A program made the translations under genes and the position numbers. Shown in pieces: positions 1-14,100 of a stretch of DNA of 52,568 nucleotides (position 1 is its first letter; the number at the start of each line of letters is the position of its first letter). The stretch is from the NCBI GenBank assembly GCA_016618085.1, contig JABLTG010000142.1:1-52568 (forward strand). The letters run 5' to 3'. This DNA comes from Neovahlkampfia damariscottae (lineage: Eukaryota). The notes below the pieces were generated by a model. It saw only the letters and a list, made by a program, of their open reading frames with translations. It made no database searches and was not told where the DNA came from.

Positions 1-2
1 AT

Positions 3-404
3 GTTTGGAATCATAACGATACAAATAAACAGAAAATTGTAAAAGTTGAATCAAATTTAAAAGTAAATGATAAAGTGAGAATTATTAACAATAAGAAAAT
101 ATTTGATAAAAATGATAAAATTAGAAACAGTAAAGTGATTTATATGATTGTTGAACAAGTAGGAAATAAATATAAAGTTCAAAATATAACAACAAAAGAA
201 ATATTAAAGAAATTATACAGTCCAAGGAATTTATTAAAAGTTGATAGTGTTGATGAATTAAATGAAGCAATAGAAGATATACAACCTGAAAAAAAATATA
301 TTGGTGAGACAATCGTAAAAACTAGAAAAAATAGAACAAAAAAAGAAGAACCTATAAAATATATTGGAAGTACTCCTGTAAAATCAAGAAGGAATAAAAA
401 ATAA
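3..404 (+). CDS. C-terminal part of a Polinton/virophage-type retroviral-like (rve) integrase (5' partial)
   Basis: Frame is open from position 3. LKVNDKVRIINNKKIFDK...SKVIYMI...YKV...KLYSPRNLLKV resembles the Polinton integrase C-terminal pattern (FKVGDxVRI...FxKG...WS..IY.I...Y.L...FY..EL.KV). The catalytic DDE core would lie outside the window. Confidence 0.65.
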   Translation, partial: VWNHNDTNKQKIVKVESNLKVNDKVRIINNKKIFDKNDKIRNSKVIYMIVEQVGNKYKVQNITTKEILKKLYSPRNLLKVDSVDELNEAIEDIQPEKKYIGETIVKTRKNRTKKEEPIKYIGSTPVKSRRNKK

Positions 405-423
405 ATTCAGTTGTAATATTATA

Positions 424-663
424 ATGTTTAACTTATACAATTGGAATTTATACGGAAAATCACCATATGATTATTTAAAACAATCATCAACTCCTAATAG
501 AGAAACACAAACAAGTTATCAAGAACCAACAAATGTAAATAAAAAATATACAGCCGAAGAATTAAGAGAAATAGCACAAAGAGATTTAACAGAAGAAGAA
601 ATTTATCAAATGTTTGAATTAGAAAAAAATAAAACAGTTAAAGCATCACAACAAGTAATATAG
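424..663 (+). CDS. Small viral hypothetical protein, probably cut by a deletion junction near 654
   Basis: ORF preceded by TATAATG like other viral genes. Its last codons overlap sequence homologous to the penton C-terminus. Confidence 0.45.
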   Translation: MFNLYNWNLYGKSPYDYLKQSSTPNRETQTSYQEPTNVNKKYTAEELREIAQRDLTEEEIYQMFELEKNKTVKASQQVI

Positions 664-869
664 ACAAAATAAATGAAAGTTTTATAATTCCAAACAATGT
701 AAATTCTGGGGAATTTAATTATATTACTGAAAATACAAATATTATAAATGAAATTGAAAATAAACAGAATAGAATTAATAAATTAACTATAGAATTATTT
801 GATGATGAAAACAATTATGTTGATTTAAATGGTATTGATTATATTTTATTTTTTACAATTGAAAATTAA
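654..869 (+). pseudogene. 3' fragment of penton/minor capsid gene
   Basis: Translates SNIDKINESFIIPNNVNSGEFNYITENTNII...KLTIELFDDENNYVDLNGIDYILFFTIEN*, nearly identical to the end of 24213..24935. No start codon. Confidence 0.9.
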
Positions 870-895
870 TTTTATTTTGTCAATGTATAGTATAA

Positions 896-2121
896 ATGAA
901 CAACGATAGTTTTTTTGACAATGACCAATTACATTTGTTACAACACGCACAAAATGGTAAAATTATTGGAGAAATTATAAATCAAAAAGTATCACCAGAC
1001 GCAACTTCAACACCATCATTTGGTTCAGTTATTAGGTATGACGTCAAATCATCAGGTGATGATTATTTAGATGATGGTGATATTGTAGTTGATATTTCAG
1101 ATATTTCAGGAGCTACTGGGGGAACATATGACAGATGTATTAATGAAGCGGGTTTATGGATGTTTAAAAGATGGGAATTATATCAAAATAATGACCTTTT
1201 AGAAACTACTTACCCAGAAAATATTCATCAAGATATTAAATATTATTCAGATTCAGATAAATATGCGTGTGTTTCAACACAATTAGGAATTAATACAACA
1301 ACTAACAGAAACACATTAGCAACAAGTTCTCAAAAATTTTCAATTTCCATAAAAAGATTATTTTCAATATTTCAAAGACCATTGGATAGAGCAATGATTA
1401 GGGGAAATTTAGAAATTAGAGGATACTTAAGAGATAATGTTAGACATGTTATTCAAACAGACCACAATTCAGGAACACCAACATTTTCAATTACAGATAC
1501 ATATCTTGATTTACAATATATTAGACCAAAACCAGCAGTTATTAACGCAAATAGACAATTATATAATGACAATAAAGCTACCAGTAAACCATATTTTAAT
1601 GTCAGACATACAGTTGTAGAAAAACAAATTGCATCAGGTCAAACATCTGTAGTTTTATCATTACCTGAAGTTGTTGATAAAGAGTTATTGATATTTTAGT
1701 ATTATTAAGAGCATCAGCATTAAAGGATACAAATGATGCATCAGATTATACTGATACATACATTGCACCAACAAGTTGGAATTTAAAATCTGGAGGTAAA
1801 TATATCAATTATGGACTTCAACAAGATATTACAAAATCATATTATGATAGAGTAATTTTACCACGTTTAGAAATGAGAGGATGGGTAAATTTATTATCTG
1901 GTGTAGGTTCATCTAGTAATGATTTTGTTATCAGTTTTGCAAATGACCATGAAGTTGAATCATCTGAATATAAAAGATATCACGGTGCAAGATATTTTAC
2001 AGAAAAAGATGTTCAATTAACAGTGAATTTCTCAAGTTTAGCCGCTCAAACTGATATAGTTGTAATCATTAGAGAAGCTGACAGATTTGTAATTAAGAGT
2101 GGTCTTATAAAAGACTTATAA
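896..2121 (+). pseudogene. Major capsid protein (double jelly-roll, inferred) with a 1-nt frameshift at ~1680
   Basis: Paralogue of 24962..26176 over its whole length. Adding one A at GATAA-AGA restores DKRVIDILVLLRASA and joins ORFs 896..1699 and 1873..2121. Confidence 0.85.
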
Positions 2122-2158
2122 ATTTATTAATTTTAATATACTTTAATATTATATTAAA

Positions 2159-2192
2159 ATGGAACAGTTAATAAATGATACTCCTTACATAT
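2159..2192 (+). pseudogene. First 11 codons of the packaging ATPase, then deleted
   Basis: MEQLINDTPYI vs MERLINDTPYI at 26209; same AT-rich intergenic sequence upstream. Confidence 0.8.
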
Positions 2193-2196
2193 AATA

Positions 2197-2568
2197 ATGT
2201 TTAGTGTTATTTTAAAATTTGATGATGAATATTTAAATCACGAATCAATTTTAGAAATATTAGAAGAAAATCCATTAAAAGGACATTCAAATGGATCTTT
2301 GGTTTGAATGAAAAAATCACAACCTTGGCTTGATTATGTTAATTTACATCATTGTGATATTGTAAGGTTATTAGATTATTTAGAAATAAAAAATAATCCA
2401 CATATCACATCAACAATATACTGGAATCCTGATAAAGATGAAGAAAATCCACATCATTGTGCTGAAGATGATTTTGATGAATATGATGATGAGTTTGACA
2501 AAATTTTACAACAAGAATATGAAGAAAACAAAGAATTTTTTGATGAATTGGCAGAAAAATATGGCTAG
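2197..2568 (+). pseudogene. Viral hypothetical protein with acidic C-terminal tail and an internal TGA at 2305
   Basis: ATG at 2197 is in frame with 2308..2568. Tail EDDFDEYDDEFDKILQQEYEENKEFFDELAEKYG matches EDEFDEDDGTFDKILEEEYEKNKDFYEELKKKYS of 21757..21978. Confidence 0.55.
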
Positions 2569-2980
2569 AATTCATCAGAATCAGAGGAGAAAAGTGAATC
2601 ATGATGAAATTTCAAAAAAAACGAGAAAACGAGTAATTTTGATGTGGTAAGAGGATGAAAAATAAAAATAAAATTTGATTGGTTATTTTTCAATTTTAAT
2701 GAATCAATAAAAAAAAAGAATTCTGAGGAGAAATAGAATGGATTTTAATAGGAATTGGATAGGTGTAGAAGAATTTGAAAAACGGGAAAATGAGTTTTTT
2801 TTGATGAAAAATTTCAAGATGCTCCAGTGGAGAGGAAAACCTATATTCTCAACTCATCAGAATCAAAAAACCGTGATATGTCAATTCGGGAAAGCCCACT
2901 TACTTGTCAAAGAACTATTTTAAAGGTCTTTTTTCATTGGTTTATTCTCAACGAATCAAAAACGAAAAGAAAAAGAGCGA

Positions 2981-4436
2981 ATGAGTAAGAGGTTGCTTCT
3001 TTACTGACTTCAAATCAGAGTTAAAATTAAATCCAGAGGTAACATTTTTGATAACACTGAAGTCCAAAAAAAGTTGAATCTTTGTTCTTTTGTTGATGAC
3101 ATTCAACTTGAAATCCTTTCTTTTTTAGATCCAAACTTTTTATGTGCTCTCAGATCTGTCAACAAAACTTACAAAAAACTCGCAGAAAATGATGATTTAT
3201 GGTTAAATATTACAAACAAAAAATTTGGAAAAAATTCACAACTCGTTTCAAGAATACCAGATAAATCATGGTTTTCAACTTATTCTCATTATAAAAAACA
3301 ACAAAAACTTGCAAAAGAAGAATGGGCTGTTTGGTAATTTTTTGTATTTGTATAAATTTTGAAAGGAAAAAAAAAGGAATATTCAATCCTTGTTGTCATC
3401 CACCAAGGCGTGTAAAGGCAACAAATCCTAAAAGAAATCCAACTGACACTTCTGGCTTTCAAAAATTAAAAGTGTTTGAAAAACATCCAGATTCCACACA
3501 TGAATGTGTTTTAAAATTTAAAGTTAATTTAGAAGAATCAACAATGAATTTCCATAATTTTGAAATTAATTTAAATAATTTTGAAAAGAAATTAACTAAA
3601 AATTATCTTCAAAATGCAATGATTAGATATGATCAATTCTTAAAATTGAAAAAGAAATTTCCTGATTCTTATCTTGTTCCTGCACTTGATATTGAAATTA
3701 TTTGGATTTCACATTTACTTCGTCCTCATTTATATCAAAATGATTGTCAAAAGATTTATGGAAAAGTATTTGATCATAAATTACAATGTTCAAAATTTGA
3801 AGTTGCTATCAGAAATGAAGCATTAATTGAAACACAAAATCTTTGGAAACAAGAATACAAATCAGATTATTTCTTTGAAAAAATAGTAATCAACCCAAAA
3901 ATCTATGAAATGGGTGCAAGAAGGGTAACTGATAAAAGAGAAACTGAATACTATCAATTTGACACACCTCCAAATGTAAATATGAAAGTGGACACCAAAC
4001 ACTATGATGCATTGAAATTCTCATTTTCTGTTGATGATGTTTTACAAGATAGAAAATGGATCAAAACATATTCAAAATTCATGAAATCTAATCGTTCTGT
4101 TTTTGATTCTGAAAATTATATCAAAAATACTCATGGATATGTAAAATCATATGAAAGATATTTGTAAGTTCAATTTGGAATAAACTCATATTTTTCAAAA
4201 GGTATTTATTGGCAAAATATCCAAATGATCGTTCTGGATTTTATCCAACAAGTGCAATTGATTTAGTTTGGCATTCACATATGTTACATCCATTTGGATA
4301 TAAAGAAGATATGGAAGATATTTTAGATGAATTTCTTGATCACATTCCTGAAGAAAATCCAACTGAAGATTTACAAAAAGTTTGGGAAAACGAATTTGGT
4401 GGAAATGAAATGAAAAAAGATCATTATTTGCAATAA
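2981..4436 (+). CDS. F-box protein with two GRDP/DUF1399-like repeats (spliced)
   Basis: F-box pattern (DDIQLEILSFLDP..LCALRSVNK...LAENDDLW). VPALDIEIIWISHLLRP and YPTSAIDLVWHSHMLHP repeats. GT-AG introns at 2985-3018, 3039-3073, ~3334-3365 and ~4164-4201. Confidence 0.75.
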
Positions 4437-4438
4437 AA

Positions 4439-5077
4439 CTATTTTAAAACAAATGAATTTTCCTTGGTTGGTTGATAAATTTTTTCTTCCATAACTAAAA
4501 GCTTATCTTCATTTTCAAGTAATTCTCTTTGTTCTTCAATGAAATCTGTGATGTCAGTTATATTCACTGTTGATTTTCCAGAGATGTATTCCTTCAAGAT
4601 TTCACCTTTTAAACCCATTTGAATTGCTCTTCTGACCATTTTATCTCCTTTTGGTGAATGATCTGGATCCCATTGCATTACGACATCTGCACCTTTCAAA
4701 GCAGTTTTATGTTTTTCTTTATCTTCATAAACTTGGTCATTATAATGACTATGAACACAATTCTTCAAAATTTTTTCGAAAAAGTCACGTTTTAATTCAA
4801 CAGCCAATGTTCTTTCTTGATTTGTTTTTGTATTCCAACCACTTCTGTATTGCATCCACAAAAAATTGGTTTTTATCCAAGTGCATCTATTTGGTGAAAA
4901 AGCATCACAACCGATGAATTTTTTATTTTTTACAGCATATTCAGCAATGGTTGGATTAAAAGCTTGATAAACTATAATTGTATCTTCTGTGTATTGGGCT
5001 AAAATACATTTTCCTTCTTTTGGCCATTTATCTTTAATATCTGCATACACAACTGTGTTAAAATTTTTAGACAACAT
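4439..5077 (-). CDS. DUF4291-family protein
   Basis: Motifs AQY..DTIIVYQAF, WIKTNFLWM.YRSGW, QWDPDH and RRAIQMGL. Confidence 0.8.
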   Translation of the reverse strand: MLSKNFNTVVYADIKDKWPKEGKCILAQYTEDTIIVYQAFNPTIAEYAVKNKKFIGCDAFSPNRCTWIKTNFLWMQYRSGWNTKTNQERTLAVELKRDFFEKILKNCVHSHYNDQVYEDKEKHKTALKGADVVMQWDPDHSPKGDKMVRRAIQMGLKGEILKEYISGKSTVNITDITDFIEEQRELLENEDKLLVMEEKIYQPTKENSFVLK

Positions 5078-5268
5078 TGTGTTGTAGAGAAAAAATGTGC
5101 CGTTTTTATTGGTCTATTTTTTCAATCTTGAAATTGACTTTAGTAAAATTCCCAAAGGAAAATCATATTTATAATATTTATTTATTGTTCAAAAGTCGGT
5201 TAAAATAAATACCGAATTTGATTGGACAGTAGTTTTGTCCAATTGAAAAAAGTAACCACCATTTTTTA

Positions 5269-7332
<2,064 letters not shown>

Positions 7333-7414
7333 AAATAAAAATTCTTTAATTTTTTTTCTAACCAATCAAATCAATTTATAATCAGTTTTCGACGTTGGAG
7401 GTGGGACAATCAAA

Positions 7415-10400
7415 ATGAGCCACAAATTTAAAATAAATCTCTCCAAAATAAAAAACAAAAGTAAAAAGAATTTACTTGAAGAATCCTATTCAACAAAAAG
7501 TCCAAGACTAAATTTTTATGAAGAAACATTAGAAGCAGGTTTTACACCACGTGGTGATAATTATGTAAGTCCTGATAGTAGTCCAAGAACAAGTGAACAA
7601 ACACCACGAAGTCCACCTTTAAGTGATCGAAGATTTATGGAACTTGAAGTTGGAGATGAAATGAAAACAATTAGAAAAGTAAATAGAACAGAGTTCTCTT
7701 TGAAAGATATACAACAACAAAGATTAATGGATGTTCAAAAAATGGTTGAAAAATATGAAACTTTAGAACAACCAGAAGAAACTGAAAAACCAAAAAGTGC
7801 TCGTGCTTCTGTTTCATTAACTCAAAGTCAAAGTTTAAATATAGATGATATAAAAAAGGCAAAATCATTTCGTTCTCCTCGTAGTTTTGATAAAAATCTT
7901 GAAACTATAACAGTTCATTTAGATACAGAAAAATATGGAAAAGAAATTTTTGAAGAAGAATTTTCAGAAGAGGAGGAAGAAAATTTAAAAAAACTACTTA
8001 ATTTGAGAGAAAATAAATTCGAAGGAACAATTTTTGAAGATGATTTAAATATTCCATTTTTAGATGAACTTGAAAATCAAAGAAAATTAAATACAGAAAT
8101 TAAAAATTTCTCACCTGCCAAAAGTTTAAAAAGTTCAAGAAGAAATTCAGAGAATTCATTGCAAGAAAGAGACAAAAAAAATGAGACAAAATTATTGGAT
8201 GAAAAATTACAAACTGATTTGATTGAAGGAGAATTTGATGAAAATATAAAAACTGAAAATGAAAAATTAGATTTTTCAAAAATAGGTGGTGAAATCCCAT
8301 TTGAAAAAAGACCTGTAAAAACTCATTATTCCAATAAGGAAACAAAAAAAAGATTTTCAGATGATATTTCTCAATTTGATTCTCCTGATATTATTTCACC
8401 AAGAATACAACCTTTAAAGATCCCAGATGCACATCCATATTCAAAATCAATGAAAGATATTTCGACATCAGATTCATCAAAATCAAAAAATGAAGGAGTT
8501 TTAAAAAAAGTGATGCAAAAATTAAATAAATTTGGATCGACTTCTGAAGAAGTTGGTGATTATGATTCTGATTTTGATGATGATGAAACACCAAGAAAAG
8601 TTGATGAAGTTGATGATTTAGATCACAAAAAAGAACCAAAAAAGAAATCATCAATGAAAGATTTGATATCATTGGCAAAAAGAGATTCATCAAAAAGTTT
8701 AACTTCATATGATAAAGCAACAAAAACAACAACACCAATTGATAATCTAATTAAATCAGGTGCAAAATCACCAAGAAGACAAACTATCTTTGGAGGTGCT
8801 TTTCGTACATCAAATAATGAAATAACATCACCAACTCTTTCTGTTAAAAAAACAGAAATGATTAATAGTTTTGAAATTACTCCAGCAACACCTGATAAAA
8901 ATAATGAACCAAAGTCACCAAGAAGATACTCACAATCTCAAAGAGTATCAACCAATGAGGATAAATCAGTTTCCAAAAAACCAAGAAAATATTCATTAGG
9001 TGTTAAAAAATCAATTTCTTCAAATGAAATTCAAGAAATGGAAGAAAAAAAACCATATGTAAAAACACATAAGAATTCAATTATTCCAAACTTCTTGACA
9101 ACAAACAAAAGTCCAACTTCAACTTCAGATTCTGAACTTACATTAAAAGGAAACAATTTCTTGGTTAATAAGAACATTGAAACTGAAGAAGAAGTTCTAT
9201 CAGTTGATATTGATTCTTACAAAGAAAGAAATCGACGAATTCCTATCAAAGATTTAAATCTTAAACAAAATGAGGATAATTTCAATATAATTGATAAATT
9301 TACATTTGAAGTGATGCTAGTAAATGATGATTTAAGATATGCTTTCAAAAAATATTTAGATCGAAAATGTTTTATTTATCCATTTCTTTTTTATGAAAAA
9401 GTATCAAAATTTAAACAAGAAAAGAACACAGATAACAGAGTAAAAGGTGGTGTTGAAATTCTTCGTGATTTTATTATTCAAAAAGGTCAATATGAATTAA
9501 ACCTTCCACAAGAATTTAAAAGTATTTGTTTGAAGCAATTTTCAAATTTAAAAGAATATTCAGAAAATTCTTTTGATGATATTGAAACTATTGTGATGCA
9601 CAATTTAAAAGAAATTTATCCAAAATTTTTATTAAGCAAAGAATGTTCAAATTATTTTTATGAATTTGAAGGAATTTGTTTTGTGAATGGTAAATATTTG
9701 ATTCAAAAGAATTTGAAAGAAACTTTTAAAAAAGTTGGTATTGCTAATTTTGATGAATTTAATTCGTTGAATACAAATAATGTAATTTTGAATGAAATAG
9801 AGCATATCAAAACATCTTCAAGAAAAACAATAACATTAGGAATTTTAAAACAACAAGAAGAAGAGGCATTAATTCAAAATGTTGCAAAATTGAAACAACA
9901 AATGAAAGACAACGAAAAACCTGTAAGCCAATCATTTCTTTAATTTCCATTTTTAGGAATACTTCAAAGAATTCTATCTAGAAAAAGATTTAGAAAAATT
10001 GAAAAAAATACCACAACTAAATTTAGATAGTGTTCAAGATATTGAAGTATTGATAAATAAGGATTCTGAAGAAGAAATTAAATATACAACCATTGATAAA
10101 TTAATTGAAAAATTGACTTCATTTGATGAATTATTAGATTTGAATTTGTTGTATTCTTTTATGTTTACTTATAAAACATTTTCGACTTCCAATGAAATTT
10201 TAGACAAATTAAATTTGAGATATAATACAATACCAAAAACAGAAGAAGAATTTAAACAATTTTCAATTTTTCAGAAGAAAAAATTACATCCAATCAGAAT
10301 TAGAATAACACAAATTATCAAACATTGGATAGAAAAACATTTTATCGATTTTGATTCAAAATTACTTAAAAGAGTAATTGAATTTTGTAATGAAATGAAA

Positions 10401-11288
10401 GAAACAAAATCTGAAAATTTAGCTATTTCAATTGAAAAAACAATCAAAAAAATGAAACAAAAATCATTGAGTAGAACATTATCAATATATAAAACTAATC
10501 AAGCTCTAAATTATGAAAAACCTATAATACCTCCAAATTTAATGAACAAAAATGGAATTAAAACTGTATCAAATATTTTAGATTGGCCATCAAAAGAATT
10601 AGCTCGACAAATTTCATTGATTGAATTTAATTTATTCAAACAAATTCATTATGATGAATTCATGAATAATAATTGGACTAAAGAAAATAGAGAAATTAGA
10701 GCTGTGAATATACATTCATTAATTGAATGGTTTAATGATATATCATCTTTTCTTTCTTATCAAATTTTATTAAAAGAAAGATCAAAAGCAAGAGCATTGA
10801 TATTATCAAAAATTATACATATTGCAAATGAATGTCGACATTTGAATAATTATCAAGCCACTTTTGAATTAATTTCATCAACAACAGTCAAATCTATTTA
10901 TAGATTAAAAAGAACTTGGAAGCATTTATCAAAACAAGATAAATTATTACATGAAGAATTATTAGAATATATTCAACCAAAAGGTAATTTCAAATTTCTT
11001 CGTAATGAAATTAAAAAATCAATACCACCTTGTATTCCTTATATTGGTTTATATTTAAAAGATTTGATTTTTATTGAAGATGGAAATCCAAATTTTATTA
11101 ATGATAAAATAAATTTCACAAAAAGGACGAAGATTTCAAATTTATTGAAGGAAATTCATTCTTATCAACAAGTTCCATTTGAATTGATGATGATTAGAGA
11201 ATTATCTGATAAATTAGTTGAATCAGAAAGAGTTTCAGAAGAAACTTTAAATTTATTGAGTTACAAACGTGAACCAAGAGAAAATTAA
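7415..11288 (+). CDS. RasGEF (REM + CDC25) with an upstream RGS domain and a long Ser/Pro-rich N-terminus
   Basis: RGS-like stretch (LRYAFKKYL...FLFYEKVSKFK...GQYELNLP). Intron ~9923-9956 joins the two ORFs. CDC25 motifs ELARQISLIE, LNNYQ, IYRLKRTW and PCIPYIGLYLKDL. Confidence 0.9.
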
Positions 11289-14022
11289 AACGATTTATAA
11301 ATTGAAATTATTTTTTCTTCTTCTTTGAATTCATCTTCATTTTCTGTTTTTGGGTTTTCTTTTTGGTTTTCTTCATTTTCAGTTTCTTGATTCATTTTTA
11401 GATTTTCTTCTTCTTCATTTTCAGTTTCTTGATTTGTTTTTATTTTTGGGTTCCGTTCTTCTTCCCTTTTTGGATTTTGTTTTTGTTTTTCTTCTTTTAG
11501 TTTTTTAAGATCTTTTTCAAATTTATCAAAGCACTCATTCAATAATTTTTTGATTTCATAATTTTCATGATCTTCTAACCATTCAGAATATTTTTCAATG
11601 GTCAATTTTAATATTTTATTTGGAAATAGTACATTAAATGAATCTGTTGAAATTCTTGATAATAAATGATGTAACACAAATTGAGTATTTAATAAGTTTG
11701 TATTTTCAATTGATATTTTTGATGTTTCTAAAAATAATAAATTACGAAGTCCTTTGAATTGTCCAGATATCATTTTCATTGAATCAACTTCAAAAATATT
11801 TGAAGAAATGATTAATTCAATTTCACTCATTTCTTGAATTAATAACAATTTTCCTTCTTCTGAAAATTTTTGAATGAGACAGATTTGTTTCATATAAAAA
11901 GTCAAAATTTTTGTCACAACAAATTTTGAATTATTTATAAAATTTGAAGAATTTTTTTGAAATAAACTCAAATGTGATTTTTTTAAAACTGTTACCAAAT
12001 TTTCAAATTCTGTTACATATTTCGACATTTCATTCATTTGATTGGTAGTTTCAACATAATTTGATTTATGAATCTTCATTAAAATCTTTTCTAAATTAGC
12101 AATAATTGGTTTAAAAAATGGTGTTAAAATTAAATTTCCAATTTCTTCTAAATTATTAATTGCTGGTAATAATAGGTTTTGAATTGAAAATGTTTCAATC
12201 CCAGTCAATAGGGAATTCAAAAATTGACAAATACTATTATAAAGATTTGAATTAAATTTTTGAAATCTAGTTGGAATTTCATATAGCTTATAAGCTTCTG
12301 TGTTTGTGATAATCTAAAAAAAAAAATCAACCAATAAAAATCAATCTTACTAAATTCTCAATTTTTGAAGTAAAATAAGCTATTGATTTTGAAATTGAAG
12401 ATATAGTAATTTCCCTTAATAATCTTTGATTATATCTTGCAGCATGAAGTTCATTTATCATTGTTAATGTTATTCCCCTTAAATCAGGACTTGGAATTCC
12501 AAAATTACTTTCATAATCTTGTTTTTTTAAAGTATCCATTGGATTATTAACTTTTGAAAATAATAAATTCATTTTATCAATGATTTTATTAACACTTGAA
12601 GAAATATATAATTTCTCAAAAGGTTCCAACAAATTTAGAATCCAATTTTCATTTTGATCAATTTGAAATGATTGATAACCTTTAAAATCTTCAATGAATT
12701 CAGTAAATATTTGTAAAATTTGACAATATTCATCAATAAATAAATTTTTCAAATGAGTTGATTCTATAAGATGATAAATAGAATTTTTGAGTTACTATGT
12801 AATGAAGTATGTAATCTATATAAACATTAAATGTAATTTTTTTTTATCTCACCTGTCATTGAATAAAGTTGTCATTGTTCTCCAAAATGATGTCAAAATA
12901 GAATTCTTATTGACCTATCAAAATTGATTTAAATTAAAGAAAAAAAAAAAGATACTTTAACAAGTTCACTGAAGAATACACCTCTTATTGGATCTTTTTT
13001 CTTTAAAAGAACATCATTTAAATACCAAATCTTCAAATAATTTTGGTAGATAATTTTAAACATTTCTCTTAAAGAATTTAAGAATTCAAATTTTGAATCA
13101 TCCAAATCAACTCTTTGTATACTACCAGGTTTTGATGATTTTGATTTCTTTTTTTTTGAAAAACTTTCATTTGGATCAATAGTTGATCTAATGATTGAAT
13201 TGATATCAGATAGCATTTTTGAAACAGTTCCAGTAACTGTCTCATTTAAACAGTTCAAATTATAATAAACTTGTAGGGATATACCTATTTCAGATTGATT
13301 CTATTATTAATAAGATTAATATTTCAAAAAATACTTACACCTGTTTCCATTCCATTTTCAAACATTTCTTTCGTTTTTTTTCGAATTTCAATTCCCATTT
13401 TTCGTATAAATTCTAAATTCTTATCAATAACTTTTATCCCACGAAGATGTTTCGAGTCGGAGATTTTTTCAAGTTCAAAAATGGAAATTGAAGCTTTTGC
13501 AAGGTCAAATTCTTCTGAATTTTTGTTTTCTTTTAAATTTTGTAAATGTTTCAAAAAATAAGCAGTCTTTCTTAAAAGTTCCTTTGTGTCCAAGTTTCGT
13601 TTTAACTCTGATAACATTCCTTCAATTTTTTGATGTGAATTTCCAACATTTTCTTGTAAACTAGTTTTTTTAATCTTTTATAATTCTTTTTACTTTTCCA
13701 TAGATGCTTCAAGTTGAGTTAAACTTTTTGAAACTTTTTCAACTTTGGTTTCTAAATTTGGTATATTTTTAACTTGAGCTATTAAAGAAGGACGTGATTT
13801 TTGAATAACATCCTCAATATTTTTTTCGATAATATCTATTCCTGTTTTGAGTGAAGATAATTCTTCTTCAAATAATTCTTCCTCATCTTCTGTTTTTTTC
13901 AATTTTTCAAAATTTGAAATAAGATAAGTATCAGAGTTGAAATTTGTATCTAAGAATTTTGATAAATGTGAAGACTCACTAAGAGGTTTCAAAGAATCAA
14001 ATCTTTCACTTTCTTTTGTCAT
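11285..14022 (-). CDS. COG5: Conserved oligomeric Golgi complex subunit 5 (multi-exon)
   Basis: N-terminal FLDTNFNSDTY, LAKASISIFELE..LRGIKVID and C-terminal ELIIS / VLHHLLSR patterns; five minus-strand ORFs joined by short introns. Confidence 0.7.
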
Positions 14023-14100
14023 CAAGTAGAAGTTGTTTCAAGAAATTTTGACCAATGAATGAACAGCTCAACATTTTATTGCTCATTAATTTTTTTTTTT

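Larger units (their letters stand above)
1..2904 (+). mobile_element. Internally deleted Polinton-like endogenous virus (element A); left part lies outside the window, right end uncertain
   Basis: Integrase-like C-terminus, penton fragment, MCP and ATPase start are in the same penton-MCP-ATPase order as element B, with near-identical DNA at 783-934 vs 24849-25000. Host CCAAT promoter resumes at 2936. Confidence 0.85.

Noticed and set aside
2305..2307. In-frame TGA in a viral ORF read as selenocysteine
   Set aside because: No SECIS or redox motif; most simply a nonsense mutation in a decayed element.
2738..2923. ORF of 61 aa after element A
   Set aside because: No motif, and it spans the probable element/host boundary.
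11320..11500. Short tandem repeats (NQETENEE) in the COG5 C-terminus
   Set aside because: Ordinary low-complexity coding expansion.
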